Source: Eledone cirrhosa
Lineage: Eukaryota
DNA: 64,000 nt
Direction of reading: 5' to 3'
Assembly (NCBI GenBank): GCA_964016885.1
Contig: OZ024744.1
Span: forward strand, 15,748,001 to 15,812,000
The notes beneath the pieces were generated by a model, which was given only the letters and a program-made list of their open reading frames with translations, searched no databases and had not been told where the DNA came from. This document shows, piece by piece, positions 27,040-40,300 of this stretch (position 1 is the stretch's first letter; every line of letters begins with the position of its first letter). Position numbers and translations under genes: made by a program.

Positions 27040-30000
27040 GTGTCTCCCGTGAGTTGGTCCCCACAATAGTAACTTGTGCATAACTTCCTCTACTGTATCT
27101 CCTGTGTGTTGGTTCCCACAATAGTAACTTGTGTATTACTTGCTCTACTGTATCTCCTGTGTGTTGGTTCCCACAATAGTAACTTGTGTATAACTTGCTC
27201 TACTGTATCTCCTGTGTGTTGGTTCCCACAATAATAACATGTGTATAACTTCCTCTACTGTGTCTCCCGTGAGTTGGTTCCCAGAATAGTAACTTGTGTA
27301 TAACTTCCTCTACTGAGTCTCCCGTGAGTTGGTCCCCACAATAGTAACTTGTGCATACCTTCCTCTACTGTATCTCCTGTGTGTTGGTTCCCACAATAGT
27401 AACTTGTGTATAACTTCCTCTACTGTGTCTCCTGTGTGTTGGTTCCCACAATAGTAACTTGTGTATAACTTCCTCTACTGTATCTGCTGTGTGTTGGTTC
27501 CCGCAATAATAACATGTGTATAACTTACTCTACTGTGTCTCTCGTGAGTTGGTTCCCACAATAGTAACTTGTGTATAACTTCCTCTACTGTGTGTCACGT
27601 GAATTGGTTCCCACAATAGTAACTTGTGTATTACTTGCTCTACTGTATCTCCTGTGTGTTGGTTCCCACAATAATAACATGTGTATAACTTCCTCTACTG
27701 TGTCTCCCGTGAGTTGGTTCCCAGAATAGTAACTTGTGTATAACTTCCTCTACTGAGTCTCCCGTGAGTTGGTCCCCACAATAGTAAATTGTGCATACCT
27801 TCCTCTACTGTATCTTCTGTGTGTTGGTTCCCACAATAGTAACTTGTGTATAACTTCCTCTGTGTCTCCCGTGAGTTGGTTCCCACAATAGTAACTTGTG
27901 TATAACTTCCTCTGTGTCTCCCGTGAGTTGGTTCCCACAATAGTAACTTGTGTATAACTTACTCTACTGTGTCTCCCGTGAGTTGGTTCCCACAATAGTA
28001 ACTTGTGTATAACTTCCTCTACTGTATCTCCTGTGTGTTGGTTCCCACAATAGTAAGTTGTGTATAACTTCCTCTACTGTGTCTCCTGTGTGTCGGTTCC
28101 CACAATAGTAACTTGTGTATAACTTCCTCTACTGTATCTCCTGTAGGTTGGTTCCCACAATAGTAACTTGTGTATAACTTCCTCTACTGTGTCTCCTGTG
28201 TGTTGATTCCCACAATAGTAACTTGTGTATAACTTCCTCTACTGTGTCTCCGGTTAGTTGGTCCCCACAATAATATCTTGTGTATAACTTCCTCTACTGT
28301 GTCTCCTGTGTGTTGGTTCCCACAATAGTAACTTGTGTATAACTTCCACTACTGTGTCTCCTGTGTGTTGGTTCCCAAAATAGTAACTTGTGTATAACTT
28401 CCTCTACTGTGTCTTCCGTGAGTTGGTTCCCACAATAGTAACTTGTGTATAACTTGCTCTACTGTATCTCATGTGTGTTGGTTCCCACAATAGTAACTTG
28501 TGTATAACTTCCTCTACTGTGTCTCCCGTGAGTTGGTTCCCACAATAGTAACTTGTGTATAACTTCCTCTACTGTATCTCCTACGTGTTGGTTCCCACGA
28601 TAGTAACTTGTGTATAACTTCCTCTACTGTATCTCCTGTGTGTTGGTTCCCACAATAATAACATGTGTATAACTTCCTCTACTGTGTCTCCCGTGAGTTG
28701 GTTCCCAGAATAGTAACTTGTGTATAACTTCCTCTACTGAGTCTCCCGTGAGTTGGTCCCCACAATAGTAACTTGTGCATACCTTCCTCTACTGTATCTC
28801 CTGTGTGTTGGTTCCCACAATAGTAACTTGTGTATAACTTCCTCTACTGTGTCTCCTGTGTGTTGGTTCCCACAATAGTAACTTGTGTATAACTTCCTCT
28901 ACTGTATCTCCTGTGTGTTGGTTCCCACAATAATAACTTGTGTATAACTTCCTCTACTGTGTCTCCCGTGAGTTGGTCCCCACAATAGTAACTTGTGCAT
29001 AACTTCCTCTACTGTATCTCCTGTGTGTTGGTTCCCACAATAGTAACTTGTGTATTACTTGCTCTACTGTATCTCCTGTGTGTTGGTTCCCACAATAGTA
29101 ACTTGTGTATAACTTCCTCTACTGTATCTCCTGTGTGTTGGTTCCCACAATAATAACATGTGTATAACTTCCTCTACTGTGTCTCCCGTGAGTTGGTTCC
29201 CAGAATAGTAACTTGTGTATAACTTCCTCTACTGAGTCTCCCGTGAGTTGGTCCCCACAATAGTAACTTGTGCATGCCTTCCTCTACTGTATCTCCTGTG
29301 TGTTGGTTCCCACAATAGTAACTTGTGTATAACTTCCTCTACTGTGTCTCCTGTGTGTTGGTTCCCACAATAGTAACTTGTGTATAACTTCCTCTACTGT
29401 ATCTCCTGTGTGTTGGTTCCCACAATAATAACATGTGTATAACTTACTCTACTGTGTCTCTCGTGAGTTGGTTCCCACAATAGTAACTTGTGTATAACTT
29501 CCTCTACTGTGTGTCACGTGAATTGGTTCCCACAATAGTAACTTGTGTATTACTTGCTCTACTGTATCTCCTGTGTGTTGGTTCCCACAATAATAACATG
29601 TGTATAACTTCCTCTACTGTGTCTCCCGTGAGTTGGTTCCCAGAATAGTAACTTGTGTATAACTTCCTCTACTGAGTCTCCCGTGAGTTGGTCCCCACAA
29701 TAGTAAATTGTGCATACCTTCCTCTACTGTATCTTCTGTGTGTTGGTTCCCACAATAGTAACTTGTGTATAACTTCCTCTGTGTCTCCCGTGAGTTGGTT
29801 CCCACAATAGTAACTTGTGTATAACTTCCTCTGTGTCTCCCGTGAGTTGGTTCCCACAATAGTAACTTGTGTATAACTTACTCTACTGTGTCTCCCGTGA
29901 GTTGGTTCCCACAATAGTAACTTGTGTATAACTTCCTCTACTGTATCTCCTGTGTGTTGGTTCCCACAATAGTAAGTTGTGTATAACTTCCTCTACTGTG

Positions 30001-31350
30001 TCTCCTGTGTGTCGGTTCCCACAATAGTAACTTGTGTATAACTTCCTCTACTGTATCTCCTGTAGGTTGGTTCCCACAATAGTAACTTGTGTATAACTTC
30101 CTCTACTGTGTCTCCTGTGTGTTGATTCCCACAATAGTAACTTGTGTATAACTTCCTCTACTGTGTCTCCGGTTAGTTGGTCCCCACAATAATATCTTGT
30201 GTATAACTTCCTCTACTGTGTCTCCTGTGTGTTGGTTCCCACAATAGTAACTTGTGTATAACTTCCACTACTGTGTCTCCTGTGTGTTGGTTCCCAAAAT
30301 AGTAACTTGTGTATAACTTCCTCTACTGTGTCTTCCGTGAGTTGGTTCCCACAATAGTAACTTGTGTATAACTTGCTCTACTGTATCTCATGTGTGTTGG
30401 TTCCCACAATAGTAACTTGTGTATAACTTCCTCTACTGTGTCTCCCGTGAGTTGGTTCCCACAATAGTAACTTGTGTATAACTTCCTCTACTGTATCTCC
30501 TATGTGTTGGTTCCCACGATAGTATCTTGTGTATAACTTCCTCTACTGTATCTCCTGTGTGTTGGTTCCCACAATAATAACATGTGTATAACTTCCTCTA
30601 CTGTGTCTCCCGTGAGTTGGTTCCCAGAATAGTAACTTGTGTATAACTTCCTCTACTGAGTCTCCCGTGAGTTGGTCCCCACAATAGTAACTTGTGCATA
30701 CCTTCCTCTACTGTATCTCCTGTGTGTTGGTTCCCACAATAGTAACTTGTGTATAACTTCCTCTACTGTGTCTCCTGTGTGTTGGTTCCCACAATAGTAA
30801 CTTGTGTATAACTTCCTCTACTGTATCTCCTGTGTGTTGGTTCCCACAATAATAACTTGTGTATATCTTCCTCTACTGTGTCTCCCGTGAGTTGGTCCCC
30901 ACAATAGTAACTTGTGCATAACTTCCTCTACTGTATCTCCTGTGTGTTGGTTCCCACAATAGTAACTTGTGTATTACTTGCTCTACTGTATCTCCTGTGT
31001 GTTGGTTCCCACAATAGTAACTTGTGTATAACTTCCTCTACTGTATCTCCTGTGTGTTGGTTCCCACAATAATAACATGTGTATAACTTCCTCTACTGTG
31101 TCTCCCGTGAGTTGGTTCCCAGAATAGTAACTTGTGTATAACTTCCTCTACTGAGTCTCCCGTGAGTTGGTCCCCACAATAGTAACTTGTGCATGCCTTC
31201 CTCTACTGTATCTCCTGTGTGTTGGTTCCCACAATAGTAACTTGTGTATAACTTCCTCTACTGTGTCTCCTGTGTGTTGGTTCCCACAATAGTAACTTGT
31301 GTATAACTTCCTCTACTGTATCTCCTGTGTGTTGGTTCCCACAATAATAA
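27040..31350 (+). repeat. Tandem higher-order duplication, 35-monomer unit (1919 bp)
   Basis: ORF pairs 27695/29614 and 27750/29669; rare variant GCATGCC at 29272 and 31191. 1919 = 35x55 - 6 (two 3-bp deletions). Confidence 0.9.
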
Positions 31351-31399
31351 CATGTGTATAACTTCCTCTACTGTGTCTCCCGGGAGTTGGTTCACACAA

Positions 31400-34300
31400 A
31401 AGTAACTTGTCTATAACTTCCTCTACTGTGTCGCCCGTGAGTTGGTCCCCACAATAGTAACTTGTGCATAACTTGCTCTACTGTATCTCCTGTGTGTTGG
31501 TTCCCACAATAGTAACTTGTGTATAACTTCCTCTACTGTATCTCCTGTGTGTTGGTTCCCACAATAGTAACTTGTGTATAACTTCCTCTGTGTCTCCCGT
31601 GAGTTGGTTCCCACAATAGTAACTTGTGTATAACTTACTCTACTGTGTCTCCCGTGAGTTGGTTCCCACAATAGTAACTTGTGTATAACTTACTCTACTG
31701 TATCTCCTGTGTGTTGGTTCCCACAATAGTAAGTTGTGTATAACTTCCTCTACTGTGTCTTCTGTGTGTCGGTTCCCACAATAGTAACTTGTTTATAACT
31801 TCCTCTACTGTATCTCCTGTAGGTTGGTTCCCACAATAGTAACTTGTGTATAACTTCCTCTACTGTGTCTCCTGTGTGTTGATTCCCACAATAGTAACTT
31901 GTGTATAACTTCCTCTACTGTGTCTCCGGTTAGTTGGTCCCCACAATAATATCTTGTGTATAACTTCCTCTACTGTGTCTCCTGTGTGTTGGTTCCCACA
32001 ATAGTAACTTGTGTATAACTTCCACTACTGTGTCTCCTGTGTGTTGGTTCCCAAAATAGTAACTTGTGTATAACTTCCTCTACTGTGTCTTCCGTGAGTT
32101 GGTTCCCACAATAGTAACTTGTGTATAACTTGCTCTACTGTATCTCATGTGTGTTGGTTCCCACAATAGTAACTTGTGTATAACTTCCGCTACTGTGTCT
32201 CCCGTGAGTTGGTTCCCACAATAGTAACTTGTGTATAACTTCCTCTACTGTATCTCCTATGTGTTGGTTCCCACGATAGTAACTTGTGTATAACTTCCTC
32301 TACTGTGTCTCCTGTGTGTTGGTTCCCACAACGGTAACTTGTATATAACTTCCTCTACTGTGTCTCCTATGTGTTGGTTCCCACAATAGTAACTTGTGTA
32401 TGACTTCCTCTACTGTATCTCCTGTGTGTTGGTACCCACAATAGTATCTTGTGTATAACTTCCTCTACTGTATCTCCTGTGTGTTGGTTCCCACAATAGT
32501 AACTTGTGTATAATTTCCTCTACTGTGTCTCCCGTGAGTTGGTTCCCACAATAGTAACTTGTGTTTAACTTCCTCTACTGTGTCTCCCGTGAGTTGGTCC
32601 CCACAATAGTAACTTGTGTATAACTTCCTCTACTGTGTCTCCTGTGTGTTGGTTCCCACAATAGTAACTTGTGTATAACTTCCTCTACTGTGTCTCCTGT
32701 GTGTTGGTTGCCACAATAGTAACTTGTGTATAACTTCCTCTACTGTGTCTCCCGTGAGTTGGTTCCCACAATATTAACTTGTGTATAACTTACTCTACTG
32801 TGTCTCCCGTGAGTTGGTTCCCACAATAGAAACTTGTGTAAAACATACTCTACTGTGTCTACCGTGAGTTGTTTCCCACAATAGTAACTTGTGCATAACT
32901 TCCTCTACTCTGTCTCCTGTGTGTTGCTTCCCACAATAGTAACTTGTGTATAACTTCCTCTACTGTGTCTCCCGTGAGTTGGTTCCCACAATAGTAACTT
33001 GTGTATAACTTACTCTACTGTGTCTCCTGTGTGTTGGTTCCCACAATAGGAACTTGTGTATAACTTCCTCTACTGTATCTCCTATGTGTTGGTTCCCACG
33101 ATAGTAACTTGTGTATAACTTCCTCTACTGTGTCTCTTGTGTGTTGGTTCCCACAATGGTAACTTGTGTATAACTTCCTATACTGTGTCTCCTGTGTGTC
33201 GGTTCCCACAATAGTAACTTCTGTATAAATTCCTCTACTGTATCTCCTGTAGGTTGGTTCCCACAATAGTAACTTGTGTATAACTTCCTCAACTGTGTCT
33301 CTTGTGTGTTCGTTCCCACAATAGTAACTTGCGTATAACTTTCTCTCCTGTGTCTCCTGCGTGTCAGTTCCCACGATAGTAACTTGTGTATACCTTACTC
33401 TACTGTATATTCTGTGTGTTGGTTCCCACAATAGTAAGTTGTGCATAACTTCCTCTACTGTATCTCCTGTGTGTTGGTTCCCACAATAGTAACTTGTGTA
33501 TAACTTCCTCTACTGTATCTCCTGTGTGTTGGTTCCCACAATAGTAACTTGTGTATAACTTCCTCTACTGTATCTCCTGTGAGTTGATTCCCACAATAGT
33601 AACTTGTGTATAACTTCCTCTACTGTGTCTCCCGTGAGTTGGTCCCCACAATAGTAACTTGTATATAACTTCCTCTACTGTGCCTCCTGTGTGTTGGTTC
33701 CCACAATAGTAACTTGTGTATAACTTCCTCTACTGTGTCTCCTGTGTGTTGGTTCCCACAATAGTAACCTGTGTATAACTTCCTCTACTGTATCTCCTGT
33801 GTGTTGGTTCCTACAATAGTAACTTGTGTATAACTTCCTCTACTGTATCTCCTGTGTGTTGGTTCCCACAATAGTAAATTGTGTATAACTTCCTCTACTG
33901 TATCTCCTGTGTGTTGGTTCCCACAATAGTAGCTTGTGTATAACTTGCTCTACTGTATCTCCTGTGAGTTGGTTCCCACAATAGTAAATTGTGTATAACT
34001 TCCTCTACTGTAATCCTGTGTGTTGGTTCCCACAATAATAACATGTGTATAACTTCCTCTACTGTGTCTCCCGTGAGTTGGTTCCCACAATAGTAACTTG
34101 TGTATAACTTCCTCTACTCTGTCTCCTGTGTGTTGGTTCCCACAATAGTAACTTGTGTATAACTTCCTCTACTGTATCTCCTGTGTGTTGGTTCCCACAA
34201 TAGTAAATTGTGTATAACTTCCTCTACTGTATCTCCTGTGTGTTGGTTCCCACAATAGTAACTTGTGTATAACTTCCTCTACTGTGTCTCCCGTGAGTTG

Positions 34301-37300
34301 GTTCCTACAATAGTAACTTGTGTATAACTTCCTCTACTGTGTCTCCCGGGAGTTGGTCCCCACAATAGTAACTTGTGCATAACTTCCTCTACTGTATCTC
34401 CTGTGTGTTGGTTCCCACAATAGTAACTTGTGTATTACTTGCTCTACTGTATCTCCTGTGTGTTGGTTCCCACAACAATAACATGTGTATAACTTCCTCT
34501 ACTGTGTCTCCCGTGAGTTGGTTCCCAGAATAGTAACTTGTGTATAACTTCCTCTACTGTATCTCCCGTGAGTTGGTCCCCACAATAGTAACTTGTGCAT
34601 ACCTTCCTCTACTGTATCTTCTGTGTGTTGGTTCCCACAATAGTAACTTGTGTATAACTTCCTCTACTGTGTCTCCTGTGTGTTGGTTCCCACAATAGTA
34701 ACTTGTGTATAACTTCCTCTACTGTATCTCCTGTGTGTTGGTTCCCACAATAATAACTTGTGTATAACTTCCTCTACTGTGTCTCCCGTGAGTTGGTCCC
34801 CACAATAGTAACTTGTGCATAACTTCCTCTACTGTATCTCCTGTGTGTGGGTTCCCACAATAGTAACTTGTGTATTACTTGCTCTACTGTATCTCCTGTG
34901 TGTTGGTTCCCACAATAGTAACTTGTGTATAACTTCCTCTACTGTATCTCCTGTGTGTTGGTTCCCACAATAATAACATGTGTATAACTTCCTCTACTGT
35001 GTCTCCCGTGAGTTGGTTCCCAGAATAGTAACTTGTGTATAACTTCCTCTACTGAGTCTCCCGTGAGTTGGTCCCCACAATAGTAACTTGTGCATACCTT
35101 CCTCTACTGTATCTCCTGTGTGTTGGTTCCCACAATAGTAACTTGTGTATAACTTCCTCTACTGTGTCTCCTGTGTGTTGGTTCCCACAATAGTAACTTG
35201 TGTATAACTTCCTCTACTGTATCTCCTGTGTGTTGGTTCCCACAATAATAACATGTGTATAACTTCCTCTACTGTGTCTCCCGGGAGTTGGTTCACACAA
35301 AAGTAACTTGTCTATAACTTCCTCTACTGTGTCGCCCGTGAGTTGGTCCCCACAATAGTAACTTGTGCATAACTTGCTCTACTGTATCTCCTGTGTGTTG
35401 GTTCCCACAATAGTAACTTGTGTATAACTTCCTCTACTGTATCTCCTGTGTGTTGGTTCCCACAATAGTAACTTGTGTATAACTTCCTCTGTGTCTCCCG
35501 TGAGTTGGTTCCCACAATAGTAACTTGTGTATAACTTACTCTACTGTGTCTCCCGTGAGTTGGTTCCCACAATAGTAACTTGTGTATAACTTCCTCTACT
35601 GTATCTCCTGTGTGTTGGTTCCCACAATAGTAAGTTGTGTATAACTTCCTCTACTGTGTCTCCTGTGTGTCGGTTCCCACAATAGTAACTTGTGTATAAC
35701 TTCCTCTACTGTATCTCCTGTAGGTTGGTTCCCACAATAGTAACTTGTGTATAACTTCCTCTACTGTGTCTCCTGTGTGTTGATTCCCACAATAGTAACT
35801 TGTGTATAACTTCCTCTACTGTGTCTCCGGTTAGTTGGTCCCCACAATTATATCTTGTGTATAACTTCCTCTACTGTGTCTCCTGTGTGTTGGTTCCCAC
35901 AATAGTAACTTGTGTATAACTTCCACTACTGTGTCTCCTGTGTGTTGGTTCCCAAAATAGTAACTTGTGTATAACTTCCTCTACTGTGTCTTCCGTGAGT
36001 TGGTTCCCACAATAGTAACTTGTGTATAACTTGCTCTACTGTATCTCATGTGTGTTGGTTCCCACAATAGTAACTTGTGTATAACTTCCTCTACTGTGTC
36101 TCCCGTGAGTTGGTTCCCACAATAGTAACTTGTGTATAACTTCCTCTACTGTATCTCCTATGTGTTGGTTCCCACGATAGTAACTTGTGTATAACTTCCT
36201 CTACTGTGTCTCCTGTGTGTTGGTTCCCACAACGGTAACTTGTATATAACTTCCTCTACTGTGTCTCCTATGTGTTGGTTCCCACAATAATAACATGTGT
36301 ATAACTTCCTCTACTGTGTCTCCCGTGAGTTGGTTCCCAGAATAGTAACTTGTGTATAACTTCCTCTACTGAGTCTCCCGTGAGTTGGTCCCCACAATAG
36401 TAACTTGTGCATACCTTCCTCTACTGTATCTCCTGTGTGTTGGTTCCCACAATAGTAACTTGTGTATAACTTCCTCTACTGTGTCTCCTGTGTGTTGGTT
36501 CCCACAATAGTAACTTGTGTATAACTTCCTCTACTGTATCTCCTGTGTGTTGGTTCCCACAATAATAACATGTGTATAACTTCCTCTACTGTGTCTCCCG
36601 GGAGTTGGTTCACACAAAAGTAACTTGTCTATAACTTCCTCTACTGTGTCGCCCGTGAGTTGGTCCCCACAATAGTAACTTGTGCATAACTTGCTCTACT
36701 GTATCTCCTGTGTGTTGGTTCCCACAATAGTAACTTGTGTATAACTTCCTCTACTGTATCTCCTGTGTGTTGGTTCCCACAATAGTAACTTGTGTATAAC
36801 TTCCTCTGTGTCTCCCGTGAGTTGGTTGCCACAATAGTAACTTGTGTATAACTTACTCTACTGTGTCTCCCGTGAGTTGGTTCCCACAATAGTAACTTGT
36901 GTATAACTTCCTCTACTGTATCTCCTGTGTGTTGGTTCCCACAATAGTAAGTTGTGTATAACTTCCTCTACTGTGTCTCCTGTGTGTCGGTTCCCACAAT
37001 AGTAACTTGTGTATAACTTCCTCTACTGTATCTCCTGTAGGTTGGTTCCCACAATAGTAACTTGTGTATAACTTCCTCTACTGTGTCTCCTGTGTGTTGA
37101 TTCCCACAATAGTAACTTGTGTATAACTTCCTCTACTGTGTCTCCGGTTAGTTGGTCCCCACAATTATATCTTGTGTATAACTTCCTCTACTGTGTCTCC
37201 TGTGTGTTGGTTCCCACAATAGTAACTTGTGTATAACTTCCACTACTGTGTCTCCTGTGTGTTGGTTCCCAAAATAGTAACTTGTGTATAACTTCCTCTA

Positions 37301-40300
37301 CTGTGTCTTCCGTGAGTTGGTTCCCACAATAGTAACTTGTGTATAACTTGCTCTACTGTATCTCATGTGTGTTGGTTCCCACAATAGTAACTTGTGTATA
37401 ACTTCCTCTACTGTGTCTCCCGTGAGTTGGTTCCCACAATAGTAACTTGTGTATAACTTCCTCTACTGTATCTCCTATGTGTTGGTTCCCACGATAGTAA
37501 CTTGTGTATAACTTCCTCTACTGTGTCTCCTGTGTGTTGGTTCCCACAACGGTAACTTGTATATAACTTCCTCTACTGTGTCTCCTATGTGTTGGTTCCC
37601 ACAATAGTAACTTGTGTATAACTTCCTCTACTGTATCTCCTCTGTGTTGGTACCCACAATAGTAACTTGTGTATAACTTCCTCTACTGTATCTCCTGTGT
37701 GTTGGTTCCCACAATAGTAACTTGTGTATAATTTCCTCTACTGTGTCTCCCGTGAGTTGCTTCCCACAATAGTAACTTGTGTTTAACTTCCTCTACTGTG
37801 TCTCCCGTGAGTTGGTCCCCACAATAGTAACTTGTGTATAACTTCCTCTACTGTGTCTCCTGTGTGTTGGTTCCCACAATAGTAACTTGTGTATAACTTC
37901 CTCTACTGTGTCTCCTGTGTGTTGGTTGCCACAATAGTAACTTGTGTATAACTTCCTCTACTGTGTCTCCCGTGAGTTGGTTCCCACAATATTAACTTGT
38001 GTATAACTTACTCTACTGTGTCTCCCGTGAGTTGGTTCCCACAATAGAAACTTGTGTAAAACATACTCTACTGTGTCTACCGTGAGTTGTTTCCCACAAT
38101 AGTAACTTGTGCATAACTTCCTCTACTCTGTCTCCTGTGTGTTGCTTCTCACAATAGTAACTTGTGTATAACTTCCTCTACTGTGTCTCCCGTGAGTTGG
38201 TTCCCACAATAGTAACTTGTGTATAACTTACTCTACTGTGTCTCCTGTGTGTTGGTTCCCACAATAGTAACTTGTGTATAACTTCCTCTACTGTATCTCC
38301 TATGTGTTGGTTCCCACGATAGTAACTTGTGTATAACTTCCTCTACTGTGTCTCTTGTGTGTTGGTTCCCACAATGGTAACTTGTGTATAACTTCCTATA
38401 CTGTGTCTCCTGTGTGTCGGTTCCCACAATAGTAACTTCTGTATAAATTCCTCTACTGTATCTCCTGTAGGTTGGTTCCCACAATAGTAACTTGTGTATA
38501 ACTTCCTCTACTGTGTCTCTTGTGTGTTCGTTCCCACAATAGTAACTTGCGTATAACTTCCTCTCCTGTGTCTCCTGCGTGTCAGTTCCCACGATAGTAA
38601 CTTGTGTATACCTTACTCTACTGTATCTTCTGTGTGTTGGTTCCCACAATAGTAAGTTGTGCATAACTTCCTCTACTGTATCTCCTGTGTGTTGGTTCCC
38701 ACAATAGTAAATTGTGTATAACTTACTCTACTGTATCCCCTGTGTGTTGGTTCCCACAATAGTAACTTGTGTATAACTTCCACTACTGTGTCTCCCGTGA
38801 GTTGGTTCCCACAATAGTAACTTGTGTATAACTTCGTCTACTGTGTCTCCCGTGAGTTGGTCCCCACAATAGTAACTTGTGCATAACTTCCTCTACTGTA
38901 TCTCCTGTTTGTTGGTTCCCACAATAGTAACTTGTGTATTACTTGCTCTACTGTATCTCCTGTGTGTTGGTTACCACAATAGTAACTTGTGTATAACTTC
39001 CTCTACTGTATCTCCTGTGTGTTGGTTCCCACAATAATAACATGTGTATAACTTCCTCTACTGTGTCTCCCGTGAGTTGGTTCCCAGAATAGCAACTTGT
39101 GTATAACTTCCTCTACTGAGTCTCCCGTGAGTTGGTCCCCACAATAGTAACTTGTGCATACCTTCCTCTACTGTATCTCCTGTGAGTTGATTCCCACAAT
39201 AGTAACTTGTGTATAACTTCCTCTACTGTGTCTCCCGTGAGTTGGTCCCCACAATAGTAACTTGTATATAACTTCCTCTACTGTGCCTCCTGTGTGTTGG
39301 TTCCCACAATAGTAACTTGTGTATAACTTCCTCTACTGTGTCTCCTGTGTGTTGGTTCCCACAATAGTAACCTGTGTATAACTTCCTCTACTGTATCTCC
39401 TGTGTGTTGGTTCCTACAATAGTAACTTGTGTATAACTTCCTCTACTGTATCTCCTGTGTGTTGGTTCCCACAATAGTAAATTGTGTATAACTTCCTCTA
39501 CTGTATCTCCTGTGTGTTGGTTCCCACAATAGTAGCTTGTGTATAACTTGCTCTACTGTATCTCCTGTGAGTTGGTTCCCACAATAGTAAATTGTGTATA
39601 ACTTCCTCTACTGTAATCCTGTGTGTTGGTTCCCACAATAATAACATGTGTATAACTTCCTCTACTGTGTCTCCCGTGAGTTGGTTCCCACAATAGTAAC
39701 TTGTGTATAACTTCCTCTACTGTGTCTCCTGTGTGTTGGTTCCCACAATAGTAACTTGTGTATAACTTCCTCTACTGTATCTCCTGTGTGTTGGTTCCCA
39801 CAATAGTAAATTGTGTATAACTTCCTCTACTGTATCTCCTGTGTGTTGGTTCCCACAATAGTAACTTGTGTATAACTTCCTCTACTGTGTCTCCCGTGAG
39901 TTGGTTCCTACAATAGTAACTTGTGTATAACTTCCTCTACTGTGTCTCCCGGGAGTTGGTCCCCACAATAGTAACTTGTGCATAACTTCCTCTACTGTAT
40001 CTCCTGTGTGTTGGTTCCCACAGTAGTAACTTGTGTATTACTTGCTCTACTGTATCTCCTGTGTGTTGGTTCCCACAATAATAACATGTGTATAACTTCC
40101 TCTACTGTGTCTCCCGTGAGTTGGTTCCCAGAATAGTAACTTGTGTATAACTTCCTCTACTGAGTCTCCCGTGAGTTGGTCCCCACAATAGTAACTTGTG
40201 CATACCTTCCTCTACTGTATCTCCTGTGTGTTGGTTCCCACAATAGTAACTTGTGTATAACTTCCTCTACTGTGTCTCCTGTGTGTTGGTTCCCACAATA

